Assembly: GCA_964464925.1 (NCBI GenBank)
Contig: CAYXLI010000028.1
Coordinates: 3,881 to 67,880, forward strand
Reading direction: 5' to 3'
Source: an uncultured Solibacteraceae bacterium
Lineage (GTDB): Bacteria; Acidobacteriota; Terriglobia; Bryobacterales; Bryobacteraceae
DNA: 64,000 bases
Positions 56,694-64,000 of the stretch are shown piece by piece; the first letter of the stretch is position 1; every line of letters starts with the position of its first letter. A model generated the notes under the pieces. The model searched no databases and was not told the origin of the DNA. It saw nothing but the letters and a program-made list of their open reading frames with translations. Position numbers and translations under genes: made by a program.

Positions 56694-57380
56694 TTAGCGG
56701 CGGACGATGATTTCGCGAAGACTATCGCGGGTTAGGAAGAATTTCACGGATTGAAATCGCTGGAAGAGTTTTTCTAGGCCCCGGTTATTGAAGAACTGGC
56801 CTCGCTGCCGCTCCCCTCGCGGAGTGAGGATCAGCGTCTTTTGGTCCGCGATCCGATATGTATACAAGGGGACCTGGGTAGCCTTCTCATCTGCGTGAAA
56901 GAACGCCAGCAGCAGGGAGTTAGGGCGAAGGATTTCGTAAAGCTTGTCTACGGTGGGTTGAAGCAACGCGGGATTCAGAAACTGAAGAGCGTCCCAAATC
57001 ATGACACCATCGAAATGTTCCGCCGGAAAGTTCAGGCTTTCGTTGAGAAATCGAGCGGCGCGTTCGGGGTCGCTCTGATTTTCATAAAAGTCGGGGCCGT
57101 TGCCAAACGCCAGTTCCAGTGAGCGGACGAAGTCTTCAGACGAAAGGCGATGGCCCAGTTCCGTAATGAATGTGATGTTTGCCTGGCTGGCGCCCGCGAA
57201 ATCGAGAATGTTCAGACCTTCCTGGCCACGTAAAGAGGTAAAGAACTGGTCCATTCCCTGGGAGTGCTTTTGGATGGGAGCAGCGCCCGAAGCAATGCCC
57301 CCGTTCCTGTGAAGACCGTTTGAACCGGCAGACGTAGCGGTGGGAGAGTTTCCGAGAATCGTCTTGAACCGGTTTAGCAA
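56694..57380 (-). CDS. Class-I SAM-methyltransferase-like protein
   Basis: 228 aa. It reads LNILDFAGASQ (motif I-like) ...FDGVMIWDALQFL...LYEILRPNSLLLAFF. The motif I glycine pattern is atypical, so catalytic competence is uncertain. Confidence 0.6.
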   Translation of the reverse strand: MLNRFKTILGNSPTATSAGSNGLHRNGGIASGAAPIQKHSQGMDQFFTSLRGQEGLNILDFAGASQANITFITELGHRLSSEDFVRSLELAFGNGPDFYENQSDPERAARFLNESLNFPAEHFDGVMIWDALQFLNPALLQPTVDKLYEILRPNSLLLAFFHADEKATQVPLYTYRIADQKTLILTPRGERQRGQFFNNRGLEKLFQRFQSVKFFLTRDSLREIIVRR

Positions 57381-57397
57381 AATGACTACCTACTGTC

Positions 57398-57952
57398 TCA
57401 GCGCTTGACTTCTGCTGCGCTGGCAACCAACGGGGCCTGTTGTTGGGGAGGTGGCTGAACGCTCGTCTTGGGCGCTACCTTCCCTTCCGTCTTGATGATA
57501 TCGATACTGCCCTTAAAGTATGCGCCGTCTTCGATGACGATGCGGGCAGTCTTAATGTCGCCAACCAGGCGGGCATCCTTACGGATGTCGATCTTGTCAG
57601 TTGCTTCGACATTCCCATGGATGGTACCGAGGACGACGATCTCGCGGGCTTTCACACCAGCTTGCACCTTGCCGTTGGGCCCCACCGTAAGACGGTGTTC
57701 ATGGAGTTCAACGGTTCCTTCGACTTCGCCGTCGATCACGAGATCTTCACGGCTAAAAATCTGGCCTTTCACCATCACGGCCTTGCCGATAGTGGCCGAC
57801 CCTGAGGGAGATGCAGGCGGGTCAAAACTGCGCGGGGGCATTGGCGACATGGGGTTCCCTTCCTTAGGTGCTTGATGCTGAACGGGTGTCGGGGGCGCCG
57901 GCGGAGCAGCCGGCCGAACCGGCACCTCGTCTTCTTTCTTTCTATTCCACAT
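57398..57952 (-). CDS. Bactofilin (DUF583) with Pro-rich N- and C-terminal tails
   Basis: 184 aa. The core is IGKAVMVKGQIFSREDLVIDGEVEGTVELHEHRLTVGPNGKVQAGVKAREIVVLGTIHGNVEATDKIDIRKDARLVGDIKTARIVIEDGAYFKGSIDI. Confidence 0.9.
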   Translation of the reverse strand: MWNRKKEDEVPVRPAAPPAPPTPVQHQAPKEGNPMSPMPPRSFDPPASPSGSATIGKAVMVKGQIFSREDLVIDGEVEGTVELHEHRLTVGPNGKVQAGVKAREIVVLGTIHGNVEATDKIDIRKDARLVGDIKTARIVIEDGAYFKGSIDIIKTEGKVAPKTSVQPPPQQQAPLVASAAEVKR

Positions 57953-58156
57953 TTAGGAGTGTGCTTCCTCGAACCATACTATAGGTCGGACCCTGGAAAA
58001 AGCAAACGTTGGTACTGGGGATAGTTGGATCCACTACCTAGGTGTGTATTCATCACCAAAGTAGAAGAAAAATAACTCATCCGTTTGCTGTACTTTCGCG
58101 TGAAACGTCAGGTGTCGATCTGGTTTCATCTGCTAGGTTCGGGGTGGAGGCGAGGT

Positions 58157-58375
58157 ATGTTTCACAACGGGAAGCTGCTTAATGAATTGAAGAATCTGAC
58201 AGCGAAGGTGGAAGACAACTTCCTCTCGGATGAAGCTAAGCCGAGTTTTGGGGATCTCTTGAAACTGGTCGAGCACCGCGATTTGGGCAGCGGCAAGTTC
58301 GGACCATCGCGGATTGAAGCGGGCTGGTGTTCGAAGAAAAACCCGGATGTTGATGTTGAGGATGCGGCGGCTTAG
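58157..58375 (+). CDS. Small hypothetical protein (72 aa)
   Basis: GGAGG lies 6 nt upstream of the ATG at 58157 (MFHNGKLLNELKNLTAKVEDNFLSDEAK...). Its stop overlaps the stop of the convergent gph. It is soluble with no family assignment. Confidence 0.45.
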   Translation: MFHNGKLLNELKNLTAKVEDNFLSDEAKPSFGDLLKLVEHRDLGSGKFGPSRIEAGWCSKKNPDVDVEDAAA

Positions 58376-59019
58376 GCGCCGCGCACTACTGCTGCAAGCT
58401 GCTCGAAGCGATCGATCAAAAAGTCGGGAGGATAGGTCGTGAGAGTCTCGGGCTGAAACCCATACGTCACGCCGCATGCCCGGATCCCGGCATTTCGGGC
58501 AGTCTGGATGTCGACTCCACTGTCACCAACCATCAGCGTTTTCTCCGGCGCCGCGCCGGATTCTGCCAGAAGCGCCTCCACTCCTACCGGGTGCGGTTTC
58601 TTCTGTTCAAAGCTGTTCCCTCCGAAAATCTGGAAGAATTGGGAGCCGACCCCGAGCCCCTGAAGAATTGCCACGCTCATGCGCACAGGCTTGTTCGTCA
58701 GGACAGCCAATTGCTTTCCTTCCGCATGGAGTTCTTGCAAAGTCTCACGCACTCCGGGATACAGCACCGTATGGTCGAGCATGTGGTCGCGGTAGTAGCG
58801 AAGAAAGAACTCCAAACCGGCCGCAACGTCGGCTTCAGAGGCACCCTCGCCCAAGGCACGGCGTATCAATACGGGCGCGCCGTTGCCGACATAAGAGTAG
58901 ATGGTGTCGTGTTCCATAGTCGGCATGCCCAGGTACGCGCGAGTCGCGTTCACAGCATGCGCCAGGTCAAGTTTGGAATCTATGAGAGTTCCGTCAAGAT
59001 CAAAAATGAGAAGGTCCAA
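58372..59019 (-). CDS. gph: HAD-superfamily phosphatase (phosphoglycolate phosphatase-like)
   Basis: Only the C-terminal third of track ORF 58372..60084 is a real protein: LLIFDLDGTLIDS (motif I), VLTNK (motif II) and MVGDSGVDIQTA (motif IV). I prefer the TTG start at 59019 (GGGAG upstream). TTG 59049 is an alternative. Confidence 0.85.
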   Translation of the reverse strand: MDLLIFDLDGTLIDSKLDLAHAVNATRAYLGMPTMEHDTIYSYVGNGAPVLIRRALGEGASEADVAAGLEFFLRYYRDHMLDHTVLYPGVRETLQELHAEGKQLAVLTNKPVRMSVAILQGLGVGSQFFQIFGGNSFEQKKPHPVGVEALLAESGAAPEKTLMVGDSGVDIQTARNAGIRACGVTYGFQPETLTTYPPDFLIDRFEQLAAVVRGA

Positions 59020-59145
59020 TTTCGGCTGCCTACTCCCAACGTAGCGCAACCATTGGATGAACCTGATTTGCGTACCAGGACGGACTCCGGCTCCGGCAAA
59101 GATGGTCTGGATTTCGCGGTGCGCGACAATGAAACTTAGTCCTCC

Positions 59146-61062
59146 ATGCTGCAACTCTCCGGGGCCGGCAAGCGTTTCGGCCACAAACTTTTGTTTGAAA
59201 ACCTTGATTGGATGATCACCTCGCGTGACCGCGCGGGGCTGGTCGGCGCCAATGGCACCGGCAAATCGACCCTGCTGAAAGTCCTCGCCGGCATCGAGAC
59301 GCTCGACTATGGAACCTTCAGCATCACGAAGGGCACCACCGCCGGGTATCTGCCCCAAGACGGGCTTCGGCTTTCCGGACGAACCGTCTTTGCGGAGTGC
59401 ATGGCCGTTTTCGCGGACCTGCGCGCGATGGAGAAGGAACTCGAGGACCTGACGAACCGGATGTCGGACACGGATCCGGCCAGTTCCGAATACATGGCCA
59501 TCGCAGAACGATTCCACACAGTGGACAGCAACTTTCGCGCACGCGACGGATACGCGATCGAAGCCCAGGTGGGCACCGTCCTCAATGGCCTGGGATTCCG
59601 GAAAGACGATTGGCATAGGCGAACGGAGGAATTCTCCGGCGGCTGGCAGATGCGAATCGCGTTGGCCAAGTTGCTGCTGGAGGAGCCAAATCTGCTGCTG
59701 CTCGATGAGCCTACGAACCATCTGGACCTGGAAGCGCGCAATTGGCTGGAAGACTACCTGAAGAACTACCCGAACGCGTTTGTGCTCATCTCGCACGACC
59801 GCTATTTCCTCGACGTGACGGTCGACCGGATTGTAGAACTCTGGAACAAGAAGGCGTGGTTCTATCCGGGCAATTACGAGAAGTATCTGTCCCAAAAAGA
59901 AGAGCGGCGGTCCACCATGGAGGCGGCTTGGCGAAATCAGCAGGAAAAAATCGAGCAACTCGAAGCCTTTATCAGCCGGTTCCGGTACCAGGCCACCAAG
60001 GCGAAGCAGGTGCAGAGCCGGATCAAGGAACTGGAGCGCATGGAGCGCGTGGAACCTCTCCCCGACGAGGAGAAGACTATCCACTTCACGTTCCCACAGC
60101 CGAAAGCGAGCGGCCGCATAGTCGCTGAGTTCCAGGGCGTGGCCAAGAGCTACGGCGAAAAGAAAGTATTAGAGGGCGTAAACTTCATCATCGAGCGCGG
60201 CGACCGAATCGCACTCGTAGGTGTGAATGGCGCAGGCAAATCGACTCTGATGAAGCTGCTTTCGGGTACGGAACCGCTAACAAAGGGCGAATACAAGCTC
60301 GGCCACAACGTAGAAGTCGATTACTTCGCGCAGGATCAATATAAGGAACTGGATCCCAATGCACGCCTTTTGGACGATCTGACCGATGCCGCACCCCGGC
60401 GCACTACTACTGAGCTGAGAAGCCTGCTCGGGTGTTTTCTGTTTTCCGAGGATGACGTATTCAAGCGGATCGGGGTACTCAGCGGCGGTGAGCGGAATCG
60501 CTACGCCTTGGCCAAGATGCTGCTCCACCCTTCGAATTTTCTGTTGATGGACGAGCCTACTAACCACCTGGATATGCGGGCCAAAGACGTGCTGCTCCAA
60601 TCCATGCAGGACTTTACGGGAACCGTTGTCTTTGTTTCGCACGACCGGTATTTCATCGACAAGCTGGCAACCCGCGTTTTCGAGATCGAGAACGGCACTC
60701 TTACCGTCTTCCCTGGTAATTACGAAGATTACCTCTGGCGGAAGTCCGGCCAGCCGATCGACCTCGCCTTGGACGGTCAGGTATCCGCTGCCGAACCCGA
60801 ACTGCCGGCGCTCGAAGCCGTTCACTCTGAAGCGAAGAAACGAGTGAATCCCATGATGTTGCAGAAGTTAAAGGATCGCTGCAACACCCTGGAGAGCCAG
60901 ATTGCACAGACCGAGGGTGAGATCGCCTCACTCGAAGCCGAGCTGGCAGACTTCAAGAGCACCGACGAGACACTCAGACTTTCTAAACTGACTGAACAGC
61001 GGCGCGAGCATCTGCAAAATCTGATGGCCGAATGGGAAGAAGTGTCCGTTCAGCTTGGGTGA
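59146..61062 (+). CDS. ABC-F family ATPase (two ABC domains, C-terminal coiled coil; translation-factor type)
   Basis: 638 aa with two sets of motifs: GANGTGKST / LSGGWQMR / LLLLDEPTNHLD and GVNGAGKST / LSGGERNR / FLLMDEPTNHLD. There is no TM domain. Confidence 0.93.
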   Translation: MLQLSGAGKRFGHKLLFENLDWMITSRDRAGLVGANGTGKSTLLKVLAGIETLDYGTFSITKGTTAGYLPQDGLRLSGRTVFAECMAVFADLRAMEKELEDLTNRMSDTDPASSEYMAIAERFHTVDSNFRARDGYAIEAQVGTVLNGLGFRKDDWHRRTEEFSGGWQMRIALAKLLLEEPNLLLLDEPTNHLDLEARNWLEDYLKNYPNAFVLISHDRYFLDVTVDRIVELWNKKAWFYPGNYEKYLSQKEERRSTMEAAWRNQQEKIEQLEAFISRFRYQATKAKQVQSRIKELERMERVEPLPDEEKTIHFTFPQPKASGRIVAEFQGVAKSYGEKKVLEGVNFIIERGDRIALVGVNGAGKSTLMKLLSGTEPLTKGEYKLGHNVEVDYFAQDQYKELDPNARLLDDLTDAAPRRTTTELRSLLGCFLFSEDDVFKRIGVLSGGERNRYALAKMLLHPSNFLLMDEPTNHLDMRAKDVLLQSMQDFTGTVVFVSHDRYFIDKLATRVFEIENGTLTVFPGNYEDYLWRKSGQPIDLALDGQVSAAEPELPALEAVHSEAKKRVNPMMLQKLKDRCNTLESQIAQTEGEIASLEAELADFKSTDETLRLSKLTEQRREHLQNLMAEWEEVSVQLG

Positions 61063-61267
61063 CTCGGAACGCACGTTCTCCCTTGCGTTAGAACACAGTA
61101 GTGTCGTAACCTTACGCCAAAGGCTAACGCCAATTAGATTTGGCTTGTATCTGCCGCGTTTCTTCCCCAGTTCGGAAGGGCATGACGATGCGGCCGCGTC
61201 GGAGATCCTTATCAATCGGTCCCCCTGGTATTCGTACGGCATCGAAGCATATAGAAAACTATTCCCA

Positions 61268-62521
61268 ATGAAGCTCGCAATCCGCGTCCGCAACTCGATT
61301 CTGCTTACCGGTCTGGTGTGCGGCACGGCAGTGTTTTTCGCCGGCTGCTCAGCTCAGAGTAAAGAAACAGCTCAGGATAAGAAGGGGGGCCGGGGCGCAG
61401 GCGGGCCTGTACCCGTGCTGGTCGCCAAAGTGGGTCAGAAAGACGTTCCGGTCGACGTTCAAGTGATCGGGAACGTGGAAGCCTACTCCACGATCAGTGT
61501 AAAGGCGCAGGTGAGCGGCGAACTCGTGAAGGTCAACTTCCACGAAGGCGACATGGTGAGGAAAGGCGACCTGCTTTTTAATATCGACCCCCGGCAGATT
61601 CAGGCAGCCATCCGGCAGGCGGAAGCGACCTTAGCCCGCAACCGGGCCCAGGAGCGGTTGCAGGAAGCCAATCTGCAAAAAGACATCGCCCAGGAGCAAT
61701 TGGCTAAATCCCAGTTGGATCGCTCGGGCAAACTTATGGCTGAGGGCGTGATCTCGCGGGAGCAGAATGATCAGGCATCGGCGACGGCGAAGGCCGTATC
61801 GGAAAGCGTAGCTGCCGACCGTGCCGCCATAGAGACAGCCAAGGCCGATATCGAGGCGACGCAGGCGAATCTGGACAATTTGCGCGTCCAGCTTGGATAC
61901 ACCGTCATCCGGTCGCCCATAGACGGCAAGACAGGTAATCTCAACGTAAAGCAGGGGAACATCGTTACCGGCAACACCACCGATCTGATGACCATCAACC
62001 AGATTCAGCCTGTCTATGTGACCTTCTCGGTACCCGAGGCGCAACTGATGGCCATCAAGCAGTACATGGGCAATGGCAAACTCCCGGTTCGCGCCGCCAC
62101 GCAGGACGGAGTGCCTATCGAAGAATCGGGCTATCTCAGCTTCCTCGACAACACGGTGGACACCAGCACTGGAACCATCAGGCTCAAAGCGACCTTTCCT
62201 AATGCCGGGCGCAAGCTGTGGCCTGGCCAATTTCTGCGTGTCACCCTGCGCCTGACCACCCAGCAGAATGCGCTGGTGGTTCCAAACCAGGCTGTCCAAA
62301 CCGGACAGGACGGAAGTTATGTCTATGTGGTGAAGCAGGACAACACAGTAGAACCGCGCCCCATCGTGACCGGCTCCCGGGTGGAGCAGGACATGGTGGT
62401 CGAACAAGGCCTGAAAGCGGGAGAAACCGTAGTGACCGAAGGGCAACTGCGGCTCGCACCAGGGATGCGCGTACAGGTTCGTGACGGTAGCGGCCGGCCC
62501 GCTGGCCGGAAAAAGGGCTAA
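61268..62521 (+). CDS. RND efflux periplasmic adaptor (membrane fusion protein), lipoprotein
   Basis: Track ORF 61055..62521. The ATG at 61268 gives the lipobox LTGLVCGTAVFFAGC. It contains ...VSGELVKVNFHEGDMVRKGDLLFNIDP..., a coiled-coil hairpin, and ...IRSPIDGKTG.... Confidence 0.9.
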   Translation: MKLAIRVRNSILLTGLVCGTAVFFAGCSAQSKETAQDKKGGRGAGGPVPVLVAKVGQKDVPVDVQVIGNVEAYSTISVKAQVSGELVKVNFHEGDMVRKGDLLFNIDPRQIQAAIRQAEATLARNRAQERLQEANLQKDIAQEQLAKSQLDRSGKLMAEGVISREQNDQASATAKAVSESVAADRAAIETAKADIEATQANLDNLRVQLGYTVIRSPIDGKTGNLNVKQGNIVTGNTTDLMTINQIQPVYVTFSVPEAQLMAIKQYMGNGKLPVRAATQDGVPIEESGYLSFLDNTVDTSTGTIRLKATFPNAGRKLWPGQFLRVTLRLTTQQNALVVPNQAVQTGQDGSYVYVVKQDNTVEPRPIVTGSRVEQDMVVEQGLKAGETVVTEGQLRLAPGMRVQVRDGSGRPAGRKKG

Positions 62522-62542
62522 CCCGCAGTCAGGAGATCGGCT

Positions 62543-64000
62543 GTGAACTTCTCCGCCACATTCATCCGCAGGCCCATCGCGACCAGCTTGCTCATGCTGG
62601 GTATCGCGATGTTCGGCGTCATCGCGTACGACGCCCTTCCCGTAAGCGATCTCCCCACGGTCGATTTCCCGACCATTACCGTCTCGGCTTCCCTTCCAGG
62701 GGCCGATCCCTCCACCATGGCGTCCTCTGTGGCAACGCCCCTGGAGCGGCAGTTCACCACGATCGCCGGCATCGACTCTATGACCAGCGTGAACTCGTTG
62801 GGCAGCACCCAGATCACTTTGCAGTTCGATTTGGGCCGCAAAATCGACGGCGCCACCGTGGACGTAGAAACTGCGATCAGCGAGGCCATGCCCTTACTGC
62901 CTCCCGGCATGCCCAACCCGCCATCGTTCCGCAAAGTGAATCCGGCCGATTCGCCGATCATCTTCCTCGCTCTCGCTTCGAAGACGCTGCCCCTATATAA
63001 GGTGGACGAGTACGCCGAGAATGTCATCGCGCAGCGCATTTCCATGATCAGCGGCGTGGCTCAGGTGAACGTAATGGGCGCGCAGAAATACGCCGTGCAC
63101 GTCAGTGTGGACCCGAACAAGCTGGCAGCACGGAAGATCGGCATCAATGAAGTGGCGACGGCCATCCGCAACTGGAACGTCAATCTACCCACCGGGACGC
63201 TTTGGGGACCGAAGCAGGCGTTTAGCGTGCAGTCGAATGGCCAGCTGATGAATGCGGAGCAGTACCGGAAAGTCGTCGTGACCTGGCGGGACGGCGCACC
63301 CGTTCGCCTGGAAGACGTGGGCGAATTGCGAGACAGCGTCGAAGACGAACGTACGGCATCGTGGATGATAAACCGCGAGGGCTCGGAACGCACCATCAAT
63401 CTGATGGTGATGCGCCAGCCGGGAAGCAACGTGATCGAAACGAACGACGCGATCAAGAAAGCTTTGCCTGCTTTGCGTGCGCAGTTGCCTCCGGCCGTGG
63501 AACTGAACATACGGGGCGACCGGGCGAAGAACATCCGCGAAGCATTCATGGATATCAAGTTCACCATGGGCCTGACGCTGGCGCTGGTGATCGCGGTCAT
63601 CTTCCTCTTCCTCCGGAACGCTTCGGCCACGCTGATTCCCGCCATGGCGCTGCCGTTCTCCATCGTCGGCGCGTTCTCCGTGATGTACCTGCTGGGGTAC
63701 AGCCTGGACAATCTCTCGATGATGGCGCTCATTCTAGCGGTCGGTTTCGTAGTCGACGACGCGATCGTGATGTTGGAGAACATCGTCCGGCACGTGGAGA
63801 ACGGCGAGACGCCTATGGAAGCTGCGTTGAACGGGTCTCGCGAGATCTGGTTCACGATCATTTCGATGACGATCTCGCTCGCGGCCGTCTTCATCCCGAT
63901 TCTCTTCATGAGCGGGATTCTCGGACGCCTCTTCCGGGAGTTCGCCGTAACCATTTGCGTGGCCATCCTGATTTCCGGATTTGTTTCGGTCACGCTGACG
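62543..64000 (+). CDS. RND efflux transporter permease (AcrB/MexB-like), N-terminal part, runs off the right edge
   Basis: My own translation from the GTG at 62543 (AGGAG at 62531) gives VNFSATFIRRPIATSLLMLGIAMFGVIAYDALPVSDLPTVDFPTITVSASLPGADPSTMASSVATPLERQF... It is absent from the track because there is no stop in the window. Confidence 0.9.
   Translation, partial: MNFSATFIRRPIATSLLMLGIAMFGVIAYDALPVSDLPTVDFPTITVSASLPGADPSTMASSVATPLERQFTTIAGIDSMTSVNSLGSTQITLQFDLGRKIDGATVDVETAISEAMPLLPPGMPNPPSFRKVNPADSPIIFLALASKTLPLYKVDEYAENVIAQRISMISGVAQVNVMGAQKYAVHVSVDPNKLAARKIGINEVATAIRNWNVNLPTGTLWGPKQAFSVQSNGQLMNAEQYRKVVVTWRDGAPVRLEDVGELRDSVEDERTASWMINREGSERTINLMVMRQPGSNVIETNDAIKKALPALRAQLPPAVELNIRGDRAKNIREAFMDIKFTMGLTLALVIAVIFLFLRNASATLIPAMALPFSIVGAFSVMYLLGYSLDNLSMMALILAVGFVVDDAIVMLENIVRHVENGETPMEAALNGSREIWFTIISMTISLAAVFIPILFMSGILGRLFREFAVTICVAILISGFVSVTLT

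Noticed and set aside
59020-60084. N-terminal 355 aa of track ORF 58372..60084
   Set aside because: This part is antisense to the ABC-F ATPase gene (59146..61062) and has no protein-like features. Only the last 215 aa or so (58372..59019) form the HAD phosphatase.
62518-63993. Two minus-strand ORFs (62518..63045 and 63061..63993)
   Set aside because: They are antisense to an obvious AcrB-type RND permease that is missing from the track only because it has no stop in the window.

Overview
High-GC (~60%) chromosomal segment that looks acidobacterial (Solibacter/Bryobacter-like). Supporting this are a CarboxypepD_reg-type TonB-dependent receptor, a PEP-CTERM protein, a MacB/ADOP-like permease fragment and two secreted proteins with the 'Solibacter C-terminal' Ig-like module. 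Content from left to right: (i) 1-4960, minus strand: a stressosome-type RsbR-RsbS-RsbT module wired to a GHKL-PP2C phosphatase and a hybrid histidine-kinase relay. (ii) nadA, moaA, a decayed pirin remnant, an S51 peptidase, lipA and secreted proteins. (iii) 14.6-17.2 kb: two small proteins with strong Shine-Dalgarno (SD) sites and a shared hydrophobic N-terminus, one carrying three tandem SPTMPPDPWGDPP repeats, flanked by an ExeA-like AAA ATPase and a polytopic membrane protein. (iv) 18.5-30.4 kb, minus strand: a dcw cluster mraZ-rsmH-ftsL-ftsI-murE-murF-mraY-murD-ftsW-murG, preceded by four 11-bp-phased AAGTGG boxes and ending abruptly in an ankyrin-repeat gene. (v) A TPR protein, the TonB-dependent receptor, thiC (no recognisable THI-box) and a pepP-CHASE2 kinase-NtrC operon. 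(vi) A frameshifted POT peptide transporter, a kinase and an M28 peptidase. (vii) 48.6-54.0 kb: a compact operon of an unknown membrane protein, a single BMC-H shell protein (PRPH changed to PAPH), an acylating aldehyde dehydrogenase with a 132-aa C-terminal extension, an acidic unknown protein and recJ. This is my top candidate for something not yet described. (viii) A PEP-CTERM protein, an M20 peptidase, a methyltransferase-like protein plus bactofilin, gph, an ABC-F ATPase and an RND efflux pair that runs off the right edge. I saw no rRNA, tRNA, CRISPR array, transposase or integrase. Many long ORFs in the track are antisense artefacts of high GC. All family assignments come from reading motifs by eye; no searches were run.
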